Shown here: positions 40,000-52,229 of the stretch, piece by piece | How positions within the stretch are numbered: position 1 is the stretch's first letter | How the letters are laid out: the number at the start of each line of letters is the position of its first letter | Assembly (NCBI GenBank): GCA_964016885.1 | Contig: OZ024741.1 | Location: forward strand, 138,570,001-138,634,000 | Length of the DNA stretch: 64,000 bases | Origin: Eledone cirrhosa | Taxonomy: Eukaryota | Direction of reading: 5' to 3' | Notes under the pieces: model-generated | Database searches by the model: none | Told to the model about the DNA's origin: nothing | The model's input: only the letters and a program-made list of their open reading frames with translations | Made by a program: the position numbers and the translations under genes

Positions 40000-40460
40000 C
40001 AGCCCTGTAGTTAGTACTAACAGAAATTGTAGGAATCGGGTTGACTGCCCCCTATCCGGGAAATGCCTCTCTATTAACATTGTCTGAAAAGGTAAGTTTG
40101 AAACATCCACGTCCCGTAGGGCCTACATAGGGTTAACCGCCAATAGATTCAAGCACCGTTTTTACATGAATACCCATTCTTTCGTTACCCTTTAAGAAGG
40201 AATATGACGTCACTTTCAGCTTATATCTGGAGTCTAAAAGACAACCACACCCAATATAAGTTACACTGGGAGATCCTAGCTACGGCTAGATCGTATAACG
40301 GAAATAAAAGACCACGTGACCTCTGCGCCGCTGAGGCCTTGGAAATACTCGACGCCAAAGACAACATCTTAAACCAAAAATCTGAGGCAATTTCGGTTTG
40401 TAAACATAAATTGCACAAAACTTTCCTGTATTGCAGCCCCATATTATACCCTAACGGATA
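40000..40460 (+). pseudogene. Penelope (Neptune-like) GIY-YIG endonuclease fragment
   Basis: NCRNRVDCPLSGKCL, AYIGLTANRFKHRF, TSLSAYIWSLK, DLCAAE, ILNQKSEAISVCKH. Confidence 0.85.
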
Positions 40461-41182
40461 GTACGAACTATACGCGGATATTTTACGTCTTGATGTGGTA
40501 GATAAGTATATGTTATGTTTATACCATTACTTATTTGTAGTGGTAAGTATATATTACTTGTATGTTTTGTGAAGGTACGTATATTTACTCTACGTATATT
40601 TGATTGTATATGTTATTGGCGTATATATTATATATACTGGTACATGTGCATTTGGTTATGTGTATACGTGAGTTTTGCGTCTGTGTGAGTATGCGGGTTC
40701 GTACGTATGTAGGGAGTGTGTATATGTGTACTTCGTGTTTTGGTGGACGTCGTCTCCGAACATAAGTGTATTTACATGTAGGTATGTGTGTGCACTTGTT
40801 ATATAGGTATTTATTTATTTATATACGTTTATTTAATTATATGTATACACGCACACACACATATATATATATTTTTATGTGTATTTGGTGTATACAGTCG
40901 TATGCGTGCGGGTACAGTCGGTGTGTGGTTTATGTATGTGCGTGTGGGTTTTTTTCTTTTTTTGTGTGTACGTGCTTGTATTTGAATACCTATGGCGAGT
41001 GTTTTCGCGTATACGAGTGTTCTACGCGCTCCACATATGACGTATTATGTTAGGTTTTCTTTCGTTCATTGCCAGAGAACGTCTCTATCAACCACCTAAT
41101 AGAATATTAGTCTACGACTTCTTTTATACCATACACATGGTTTTGTATTTGCGTGTAATTGTTTTTCACCGCTCCAAATAAT

Positions 41183-41288
41183 TGTTTCTACTTTAGGCAC
41201 AAGGCCAGCAATTACCCAGTGCATTACTGGTACTTTATTTTATCGACCCCGTAAGGATGAAAGGCAAAGTCAACCTCGGCGGGATTTG
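41183..41288 (-). mobile_element. 5'-truncated Nin-type SINE with 15-bp TSD
   Basis: TSD ACCGCTCCAAATAAT at 41168-41182 and 41289-41303. Confidence 0.85.
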
Positions 41289-41913
41289 ACCGCTCCAAAT
41301 AATGACGTATTATATACGTTCTGTCCCGTTCTTTGCCAGCGAACGTTTCCACGAACCAAAGTATCGTCTTCCTGTCTTCCTCCGGTTGCAACGTTTTTTT
41401 TAAATATTCACTTCTGCGTTCACAGATTGACTTTGTTAGTTTCAGAAGATCCCGTTAAGGGTGAAAGCAGCGATACTTTGCTTAAACTTTTATCTGTTAT
41501 TTTAATATATATATATCCAGTCCCCCACCAACACCCCACTCTCCAGAGCGTGAAATTAATAAACATTCGTTGTACTGCCTCTCTGTTTTGTCCCTGTTCA
41601 AAATTTTCCATTATATATATATATATATACGAGAAATGCAATTTCGTCTTTGTAGTTCAAGTGCGCAATTAGTATAAGTATGGAAGATTGCTAACCAAAT
41701 ATTTTTTCTGGACGTGTACTCTGTAGTGCATATCATAGTTATCCATTTAAATGGGTCATGGTACAATTTCGAAGGAGAAGATGACGACGTATTTGTAAGT
41801 CTGAGTATGGTACACCTATAGCAAAACGGTGTGGATTAATGGAGACATGCTAAACGTAAACAATCATACATAGACAATCATGGACTATAATAATTGTTTT
41901 TATTAATAATAAT

Positions 41914-42097
41914 TGTTTCTACTTTAGGCTCAAGGCCAGCAATTACCCTGTGCATTACTGGTATTTATTTGATCGACCCCGTAAAGATGAAAGGCAAAGT
42001 CAACTTCGGCGGGATTTGAACTCAGATCGTAAAGGGACGTAACTATGCTGGAAAGCATGGCGTCCGACCCTCCACCGATACTGCCAATCCACCTCCC
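41914..42097 (-). mobile_element. Nin-type SINE, full length, with TSD
   Basis: Reverse complement of 792-982. TSD GTTTTTATTAATAATAAT at 41896 and 42098. Confidence 0.88.
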
Positions 42098-42142
42098 GTT
42101 TTTATTAATAATAATAATTATAATTATTAATGTATTTTAGTG

Positions 42143-42346
42143 CGGTGGATTGGCAGTATCGTTAGAGGGTTGGACACCATGCTTCGCAGCATGGAGTTAC
42201 GGTTCTTTACTTTCTGATTTCATATCCCACCGAGGTTAGCTTTACCAGTCATCCTTAAGGAGACGATAAAATCATTAATGCACAGAGGTCAATTTAATCG
42301 ACTAGCCTAAAATTTGCTGGCCGCGTGCCTAAAGTAGAAACAATTA
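42143..42346 (+). mobile_element. Nin-type SINE, longer and older variant
   Basis: GCGGTGGATTGGCAGTATCG head and GTGCCTAAAGTAGAAACAATT end. Confidence 0.8.
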
Positions 42347-43176
42347 AAAAATATCATTATACATTTGTTTAGAAAATGAAGAACAGTATAAGAATAAGAT
42401 ATATATCTTATTCTTATACTGTTCTTCATTTTCTAAACAAATGTATAATGATATTTTTTTTCATCAACAATGTCTATTATCTATGTATTTCAGAGAAAGC
42501 CTCTGGGAAACAATTAGTACATTTAACTATGGTCATTGAATTCTATTTTATATGCGATATAAGACATTATTCTAATAAAACTAAATTTTTCTTCATAGAT
42601 ATGTGATGAAAATATGTCCGTTTGATTTATCGCTGTTAAATATCTAAATATATTGTATTTTGTTGTTGTTTTTGTTGTTGTTGTTGTTGTTGATGATGGA
42701 GTTCGTGTTGTAGTAGTGGTGGTAAATAGAATTAATTTCTTTAGAGTCAATTTCATGGAAGATTTAGTAAAATATAATGTATTTTCTCTTACAAAGGAGA
42801 TTTAATCGACACAAATGTAATATTAATAACAAAAAGTAATTAAAATCATATGGAACATTGATTGATTTCTTCTATCAATATACTATTTAGCTTAGATATG
42901 ATTACATTTTAGAATCTTATGGATAATGCTAATGTTTTACCTCCGAGGCCGCTCAGTGACGGAGGGCAGGAGCGTTTCAGTTGCTGACCCCCAAACCATC
43001 GTTATACTAAGGAAGATTCTGTCAATATAAGTACAGCACAAATCTAAACACCTAAATATGCATGTGTGTGTATGTATGTTCTTTCGTGAACATAGCGGAC
43101 CTTGTTGTCTCTTGAGGTCACTGGTTGTGACTTGGTGATAACTCGTATGAACATAAAGCAAGATAAATGCAACTGT

Positions 43177-43238
<62 letters not shown>

Positions 43239-43241
<3 letters not shown>

Positions 43242-44207
43242 ATTCTTTATTGGCCACAAGGGCTGACATCAAGAAAAACATCACAGACGGAACAGGACGG
43301 TACGATGGGGGGTTTTGTGCGTGTAAATATTTTTATTATTTATATAAGAAAAGAAAAAAGACATAAAACATATAAATATATAAACAATAAAATGAAAATT
43401 GAAACAATAAAAAAATCCCCAATAGGGGGGAAACCTCCGAGGGTTACTCGTGGCGAAAACCACACAAAAGATCACGGCCACCCTGACTACCAGGGCAAGC
43501 GCTCTCTCTCAATTTTTCCATCTCTCAAACTACAGACGTATATTCAGAGTGGTCCCGTTCACTCGAACCATTCTCGCTACATTCACCCAGCTTTCAACAA
43601 ACTTGCTAGAAAGCAGCACTTGCCTCTCCATCCTGATTTTCCTCTTCAAGTGAAACTTGAAAAAGTTAATCAGGGATTCGCCGAAGAGGAAAGTGTTTGT
43701 CTTTAATCCTTTTAACCATGTCCACCACACAATCTCTTTCGCCATGGCCACCAGGCAGATGAAAACCGCCTGCCCTTCCTCCTCAAAGGAAGACGGCGAG
43801 ACCATCTGAACAATGGACTCAGTCGACAACCGGATCAGTCCCACACGTGACAGCAACTGTTCGACATAGCTCCACAAGTCAGCAATGCTCGGGCCCTGAA
43901 CGAGTGCGTGCACAACGGTTTGGTCGCTATGCGCGCATCTTGGACAGGCTCAGCTGACGGCACTTCCGTGCCTGTAGAGCTTATCTCGAACCGGCAGCGC
44001 TCCCCGGTAGCATTGCCAAGCCAGGGATATTTGGAAGTTATCCATAGGCCCCGGGCTGAAAGTTCTCCGGAAGAGAGCAAGCAACTGATCTTCTTCGACG
44101 CCCAGGATCTCCCCGAGAACGTCGTCGCTCTTCCCCTCCACTAGTCCACTATAGAACGCCGAGGTAGATGTTCCACCGATACTGGTGGCCAACTGGGAGA
44201 GGGCAGT
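43239..44207 (-). mobile_element. 3' end of an L1/Tx1-clade LINE (zf-RVT CCHC domain) inserted in (TAA)n
   Basis: LAWQCYRGALPVRDKL..CPRC..QTVVHALVQ.P..DLWSYV..AKEIVW. (TAA)n at 43178-43238 and 44208-44236. Confidence 0.8.
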
Positions 44208-44479
44208 ATAATAATAATAATAATAATAATAATAATGCACATGGAGGATAGAAGGTCATGATATCGCTCCCATAAGTTTTTGATTTTTAACATATTTAAA
44301 TCAATTGTGAAATAACAATTCTTAGTACAAATGATGAATAAAGCACCAGACTCAACTATCAGAAAAATTCGCATCCATAATATTCTGTTATATCACTCAA
44401 ATATTTAATTTTGTATTATAGATTTTATATAAAATAAAAAAAATGGTTATAAATGGAAGAAAACCCCCTCTGTCTACAC

Positions 44480-45315
44480 TATATAGAACAGCCAAATAAC
44501 AGCAATTTCACCAACACCACAAACTAGATACACCACCTATCCCATCACCTCTGTGTACACTAAATGCAACAGCCAGATAATGGCAATTTCACCACCAATA
44601 CCAGCATAATAATAATTACTATTATTATTGTCTCAATTTTTCACAAAATGTTTAATTCCAATATTAAGTAAATATGTCAAAACATATTAAACATACGCGA
44701 CTAACCACATAGATACGCCGATCAAACGATCAAACAACTACAGTCTATTCAACAAAACTCAGTAACGACAACGCCATCACTATAGTCACCGCCGCCACCA
44801 CTCCATCCATCATTGCTACCACTATCCCATCACCGCCGCCACCACTCCTTTATTGCTACCACCGCTATTCCCCCATTACCTCTGTTAACTTACGAAAGGG
44901 GAAGGTGGCGGTATCACTAGACAATATTAATAAACAATATTAATATTTAATTTTGGATCAGGAATGTTAGAGTCGAAAAGGAGGAAAATGGCAAAATGAC
45001 AAAATGACTAAATAACTAAATAGCTAAATGGCTAAGTGGACGGAGAAGATAATTTCACCACCAACACCACCACCACTACCACGCTAAAAACTCTGGTCAA
45101 GTTACCTCAACTTCTATTTCTACTTCAAATTCAACACCATCACTACAGTACTACGATCACATCACCACCACCACTGCCTCATTATCGCTACCGCCGCTAT
45201 TCTCTCCCACTACCTCCTGCTAAGTACTACTAGCACAGCACCACCACCACCATCACCACCACCACTGTCTCATTATCACTACCACCGCTATTCACTCCCA
45301 CTACCTCCTGCTACA
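44480..45315. repeat. Degenerate (CAC/TAC)n low-complexity tract with local duplications
   Basis: Triplet runs, and CTCATTATC..CTACCTCCTGCTA is duplicated at about 45178 and 45269. Confidence 0.7.
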
Positions 45316-45599
45316 TTGTAGTGTCGCCACTAAAAGAGGAAGGCATCAAAATATATAAATAGACTGATTTGATGACCCGATCAAAATCAAAAATCCAAAA
45401 ATCAAAATCAAAGCAGCACAGCAACAACGAAAAACATAAAGAAAAGAAACATGAAGAGAAAGACAAACAGACGGACAGAGAAGGGAAGGGAAAGACATTC
45501 AAACATTACATTACAATGAAACTTATGCTAATTCTTTTTTTTTTTTTTGCCTGTTTGTTTGTTTGTTTATTTATGTTCGTCTACAGCGTGATAGTGCCA

Positions 45600-46365
45600 C
45601 ACAAAAATCACCGGGAGTGACGAAATCACCGGAGGTGATGAAATCACCGGTGGTTATGTAACCATACATTCACCAATCCTCGATAAGAGTGTTTAAAAGT
45701 CGAACCTAAACATTTCGAATAACGGTGAAGTGGAGACTAGAATGTCATGTGACAGACTCTCACCCAGCAGGTGCTCTCTGGCTCAGCAGCAGGGACCTGG
45801 CTGTCAACCAAATACTGCTGGTGTCGGAGGAAGAAGAAGAAGGAAAGGGACCAGAACCAACTGGACGAAATAATTGAATAGAACTGTTATGCAATGTTGC
45901 CTGAAGAGTAACCCCAAGGAGAAAGGCTATAGGAAACGGATGCATAACATCTGGAACGAGATTGGTCTATTTAAATTAGATGAACAAAAATTGGCCGGGC
46001 AGGCTCGGGTAATAAGAACTAATGGGTGGATAAGCGAGCTGTAACTGGAGGAAATGAGCAGAGAGATTAGCTTGGAAATGGATAGTGGAATATGCCAGGC
46101 AAACGAGCCAGTGGGAAATGAAGGTGAAGAGGTTGAGAGAACGGAGGAACCATCCGAAGCAGACAATGATCTGAATGCTGAAATAAATAATGCCTGGAAC
46201 AGAGATACGGCCATTGAGGAGATGAATGCTGACGAGCTAGGACAAGATTTGGTTGATATCCTAAACTTAGTGGTAGATGAATTGAACAATGATAGTGGGA
46301 AACCTATGAACCTAAGATTTGTAGACAGGAAAAAGTTAAAAGAAACAACAGCTAAGGTAAACAAA
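45600..46365 (+). mobile_element. 5' fragment of an R4/Dong-clade retrotransposon (N-terminal Myb-like region)
   Basis: RTNWTK..VMQC.LKSNPKEKGYRKRMHNIWNEIGLF..EQKLAGQARVIRTNGWISEL is typical of the R4/Dong N-terminus. Contains stops. Confidence 0.7.
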
Positions 46366-47110
46366 AGAAGCCTATTTCTTGCCTCGGGTGATGTGGGTTT
46401 TCTGTGTCCACTCATTTCCCAAGGCCTTCTGGATTTGGGCCTCCGAAGCTACCCCCACACGACGCTATTTCGTGGCAATCATACGGTATGACACTGCGTC
46501 GCTCTTGTTCCTCCAGGAAGTCGATTGGTGGTTTCAAGGACACTGAAAATTCAGTTCTGGTTACCATGTGTGTTGCGATCGTCATCGCCTCCCGTGTGAC
46601 CAGGACTGTTTCTACGTTGCGATCCACCTATGCAAAAGAGATTGTCTCTTTTTCAGTGGCATCATTGTTGCCGTCGCTACTGCTGCTACTGGTCTTGTTG
46701 TGGGTGTTGTTCCCGTTGCTATTGCTACAAATGGTGTTGTTGGTGTTATTGCTGTTATCACTGTTGCAGTTGGTTGTATCTTTGGTGCCGCCGTTGTTTT
46801 TGTTCTCGGTGCAATTTGTATTGTTGCTCTTGTTATTGTGGCTATTTGTTTTCATGTTATTGGTGTTAATATTGTTGTTGCATTTGTTGTCATTTTTTCT
46901 GCTGCCTGTATTTTTGTTGTCGCTGTTACTGTTGTGGTTGGTGTGGTCATTTCATTCAAAATTAGTGTTCTCGTGTTGTCACTGCTGTCTTTGTTCACGT
47001 TGTTTGTGGTGGTGTTTGTTGTATCAATGTCTCTGTTCGCCGTAACCCTCCTCTCAACTTTTACGTCGTTGTCGCACGACAGCAGACATATCACTGGGGG
47101 GGGCATGGCT
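46366..47110 (-). mobile_element. Possible decayed LINE ORF1 (T/N-rich N-terminus)
   Basis: A single frame with two stops: T/N-rich tract then ETISFA..VLVTREA. Family not confidently recognised. Confidence 0.3.
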
Positions 47111-47299
47111 CAAACATATTTTTTTCCGATAATTTTCAAATGTAAAAGATCCAAATATTATACTTTCCCATTCGCAGGGCAAAGTCCAAGGGCTTATTTC
47201 CCTTACACAACAAAAATTTAACAATAAATAATTATCACAGGTAAATAAAGAGACTTACGAGAGCGAGCAAAAACACATCCGACCAGACCAATAATAATA

Positions 47300-47489
47300 A
47301 TAATTGTTTCTACTTTTGGCACAAGGCCAGCAATTATCCTAGTACATTGTTGGTACTTTAGTTTATCGACCCCGTAATGATGAAAGGCAAAGTAGACCTC
47401 GGCGGGATTTGAACGCAAACCATAAAAAGCCGTAACTCTTTGCTGCAAAGCATGGCGTCAGACCCTCTACTGATACTGCCAATCCACCA
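47300..47489 (-). mobile_element. Nin-type SINE
   Basis: Reverse complement of the 792-982 family. Confidence 0.85.
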
Positions 47490-50292
47490 AATAATTAACA
47501 ATAGTATTTTATTTTATTTTATTTTTTCCAGATTCCCTTATTTCAGAAATATTTGAAAATATAATAATATCTAGTGGCAAATATACTGTTTGCAAATAAA
47601 CGGCGCTTTTTAGCGTTATGTCTACTACAGAATTTATAATCTACGTGGTATAATGATGTAAACCGCACTCTAAACTGTAAATGTCTAGCTGCACGTCAAA
47701 ATCTAAATAAATATATAGGTTTCATACACAAGTGTAAGTCACAACAGATTGCTGGTTAAAGTGTAAATGATGGGGTAGACCTAATGTGGAACAGTAGTAG
47801 CTAGAAGCTAGATAGAACACAAGCTTAAGCGTAAAAAACCAGGTACACCCAATTCTGAACTGTAACAGAGACGGTAGACAGAACTCTTAACTCTAAAAGC
47901 AATTTTGAACAAGATGAATGAATAAAATTTAGTAAGTGGGCAGCGACTGAATATTAATTGATGTACCCTGTTGTACCCAGTTCAACAAATGTTTAAACAT
48001 ATTTTATAAAGATGATGTCACGAATTTCTTAATCCCATTGCAGTATCGTTTCATAACAATGAAGTGAAAATACACACAACATTCTTTATTATTGCAGCTC
48101 CTATGGTATCATTATTTTTCAATATGAATAACTTTTATCTGTTTATTGATTGTTTTATGTTTTGTATAAGATAAATACATACATTCTACCCATGATCCAA
48201 AGCCGCATTACGATATAAACATGAATCTGTTCAATATATCTTGTAAACGAGAGAAATACATCCATTTCATTCAATGATGGAAATACAATTGGTGTGAATA
48301 GAGACACTGAGAAAACGTATTCCATCCCAAATAAATCGTTGCTTTGCGTTGGTATATGTGAAACTCTTAGCATATATCAAGAAGATCGGAACAAAAATAT
48401 AATATAAATTCCTGTTTAATTATACTGTTGGGGTATAAAATACAGCGCTGTGAATATAATACAAAGAAACACAAATACAAATGTGGGTTTCTTATTATTA
48501 TGCATGTAGCTGTGAGCAATAGAAAGAATTTCAACATTACTACCTTAAAATCCTTTGTCAAAATATAAAGGAATACCCCTTAAAGATGTTGGAACAAGAT
48601 AACTCTACAAGTACTATCCAGCTGGCATTGTTACAAAAGGCTGTATGAAATTTTGCGGTGTTTATGAAATTTCTGGAAAATGAATATTGTTTTAGGCGGT
48701 ATTGTTTTTGTATCAGCACGTAGGCTGCAGAGGGCATGAGACAAAGAACAGAAGATACGAACAATCAATAGAATAAACCAAGGAAGAAAAGAAGTAAAAT
48801 AAGAGAGAAGATGAAAGCATTGGTGAGAAATAAAGAGTTAAGAGGCAATGAAGTATAAAGTTGGTAGAGATGTGAGCATGTATTTGAGTAAAGAATAATC
48901 GGGGAAAATCAGTGGTGTTGAGATCTAGTGCTGTATGGTGCCAATAATTTGAGGGCCCACTCGCTGTCAATAGTTGTCACGAACGTAACTAATATTATAT
49001 GTATCATAGAGATCTCAGGTTTGGGGTAGGACCTGATGAGTGTGTAGACATATTTGGTGTCATGTATATGGTATAAAAGAGGCTTCCAATTTCAATAATT
49101 TCTTGTGAATATAATTACAAATGAGTTTCACTGGATAGCTGAAAGTGGAGGCCGTTAATATTGACAGGGACAATAGTGGTGGAGGTTTCAAGTTTCTGTG
49201 TTTCTGGTGGAAATTTTAGGATAAAATAACTGGCCATATTTTGGTAGAAATAAGTAGTTTGCAGGCTACATTCAGTTAGATTTGAAGGTATGATTGGTTG
49301 GAATTATAATGCTGAATGTATGTTAAGATGTTATAATCTATCGCTATGAATTTGGTAGTTCAAGTAATAGAGCACCATACTTTTCGCGGATGCGTGTTAA
49401 AGTTGTTCAACGGCACATCTTGCTGATTTATTATCGTGTCTAGGAACTAATGTCTAGGAACAAAACACGTAATCCTTCACCCATCCTACGTCTGGTGGTA
49501 ATATATTTTACACCGTTGTATTCGCCGGTTGTCGTTAGTTGTAGTGTTAAAAATTGCGGAAGTTATGTGTATATCTTTTCAAATATTTTGGGATTATCGG
49601 TGTATGAATCGATTAATCATAATTTTAGGATTTCTAGAGAAAGATTGAAGAGGAATATTTACTTCTTCACAGTAGATCTCTATTTGGGTGTATTCAAAAT
49701 ACGTATATAGTGTTATTCATAGATTTATTTCAAATTCATCTTGTTTTCAAATAATAAAACGTAACACTTCAGTATTCCCTGAGAGGACGGTACGTATAGA
49801 GTTTAGACAAATGCCGTAATATAAGTGGCGAGGTCGATATTAACATTATCCAAATTTGCTTTCATATTCCATACGATTTTATTCTCCTATGCTAACAAAT
49901 ATACAATCATGTATATTTACTTAAAGATTCTTGCATTTTAGTAAAAGGATCTCAGATATCTCATATGACGAACCCTCGTTCAATAGAATAATTTATCTAT
50001 AGAATTTGCTTCCGTTTCCAGTGGGTTTAAAGGAGCCATTGAATAAACCAAGCTTACAAATCCCAATAAAGGAAATCAACAACGAAATCTTACTCAGTTT
50101 AATACACTACGCTCTGTTAATATTAGTACATTGACTGGTAAAAGATTTTCATCATGACATAAAATATAACATTACTTCGGACATATTATGATATAATTAT
50201 GAAAAGTAAATCTCTATTTCAGTTTCTCTCAAAATGTGCTAATCAGCATTAACAAACTGAAACTGTTAATATCCATTATTATATGTCCAATA

Positions 50293-50685
50293 ACAATGGT
50301 TTCTGCTTTAGGCACAAGGCCAGAAATTTGAAGGGGAAGGGAAAGTCGATTAAATCAACCCCAATTCGTTAGGATGAAAGGCAAGGTTAACCTGGCTGAG
50401 ATTTGAACTCAGAAGGAAAAGTGATGTAAATATGCCGCAAATTATGTTGTCCGACACTCTACCGATACTGCCAATCCACCACTCTTATGCAAAATATAAT
50501 AATGATTTCTACTTTAGGCACAAGGCCAGTAATTTGAAGGGGAGAGGGTAAATCGATTAAATCGACCCAGTGCATCACTGGTGCTTTATTTTATCGACAC
50601 CGTAAGGATGAAAGCAAAGTTAACGACGGCGGGATTTGAACTCAGATCATAAATGGCCGTAACTCTATGCTGCAAAGCATGGTGC
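50293..50685 (-). mobile_element. Two tandem Nin-type SINE copies (50293-50482, 50500-50685)
   Basis: Each has CTTTAGGCACAAGGCCAG..GGATGAAAG..GATTTGAACTCAG. Confidence 0.8.
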
Positions 50686-51716
50686 CCTTATGTAGAATAT
50701 AATAATAAAATCAATTATTATAAACTACATAAGAATATCACACAAAACGTGTTTGACATCCTTCAGTTCCACCGGGGGAATATTCACCCGTAGAAAAGGA
50801 AAATATTTTTGTTAGCTGAGTGAACGGGAGCCAAGTGACATTAGTTCAGGAACAAAACGCACTGCTGAAGATCGTACTCATGATCTTGCAATCGCGATTC
50901 GAACACCTCGTTCATTCATTTCCAGCATGTATTGTTCATTGATCAAACGTATTTCTGGTTAATATTGTCTTGAACTGTCTTGATTTATCTATTCAGCGAC
51001 AATGAAATTTACCATTAATCAGGATGGCGAAGATTATACCGGATTACTTGTTAATACGATGTCACTAGTATATCAGAATTACATAAGTCAATGTCGTTAC
51101 TTGTTTAAACACGATATAGCCTAGCCTTGGCAGTTTAACCCTGCGGAATGAAATACAAAACCTGACAAAGTGTAGGGGAACTCATAAGAGTCAACGGCCG
51201 TCCAATAATGTGTATATATGCATACATTGTGTGTGTGTGTATAAGTATGTATAGTTTGGTGTGTGTGTGGGGGGATTGTTTGCTTGCGCGTGTGTGTATG
51301 TATTTTCTAAAACTTTAAAACTTTTAAATAAATCTTTTCTTTTATTTAATTCTATCTTACTTCTCTATTTAAACTTTTTTTTCTGGTGAAATTTACGACT
51401 GATGCAAGTATGCAAGTCAAGAACCAATAATTATTTTATAGAGGGCCCTCTGAAACACCTGTGGTTGATACAACTACCAATAATTTTAAGTTTGCTGGTC
51501 ATTGGATTCTGGCTGTTGATAGTTAGTCAGTTGCAAGTTTGTAGCGCAAGTACATTCTACATTGATCGTCTTGTGCAGATAACTTAAAAATCATGTGGTG
51601 TTGGGAAGCAGCGACGCATATCTAAACTATAATAAAGTAAGGAGTGCGGGACTGCGTACGGTTTATAATTTGTTATCCAATTAGTAAAATAAATTGGATT
51701 ACTTTGAATAAATAAT

Positions 51717-51900
51717 TGTTTCTACCTTTGGCACAAGGCCAGCAATTACCCAGTACATTACTGGTACTTTATTTTATCGACCCCGCAAGGATGAAAGGCA
51801 AAGTCAACCTCGGCGGGATTTGAACTCAGATCGAAAAGGGACGTAACTATGCTGGAAAGCATGGCGTCCGACCCTCTACCGATACTGCCAATCCACCGCC
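51717..51900 (-). mobile_element. Nin-type SINE, full length, 18-bp TSD
   Basis: TSD TTACTTTGAATAAATAAT at 51699-51716 and 51901-51918. Confidence 0.9.
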
Positions 51901-52229
51901 TTACTTTGAATAAATAATGAATGAATATTGCATAATTTATCTACTAATTTTCGTAGTTGTTGATTAAATATATTTTATTGTTTATTTAAAGATTTATTTC
52001 TTTAAAATTTTCAAATGTCAACACTTCCGGTTAGCGATCGCTTAAATAAACATTCATATATTTCTGTCACTAATTTTCTCCTTATGCAGTTTATATATAA
52101 TATCGTCTTTTTTTAATGTATAATGGATTACGTTACTGATTACATAAGAAAGTGTAACGCAGTCTTCGTTCAATTTCTGTATATTGTCAATTACGATGTT
52201 ATTTGATGTATGATATCTACATGCATCTA

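Noticed and set aside
46404-47221. Hydrophobic L/V-rich plus-strand ORFs resembling membrane proteins
   Set aside because: They are the antisense reading of an (ACA/AAC)-rich low-complexity tract.
48400-49720. Possible ancient LINE or host coding relic
   Set aside because: No diagnostic motif could be read with confidence in any frame.
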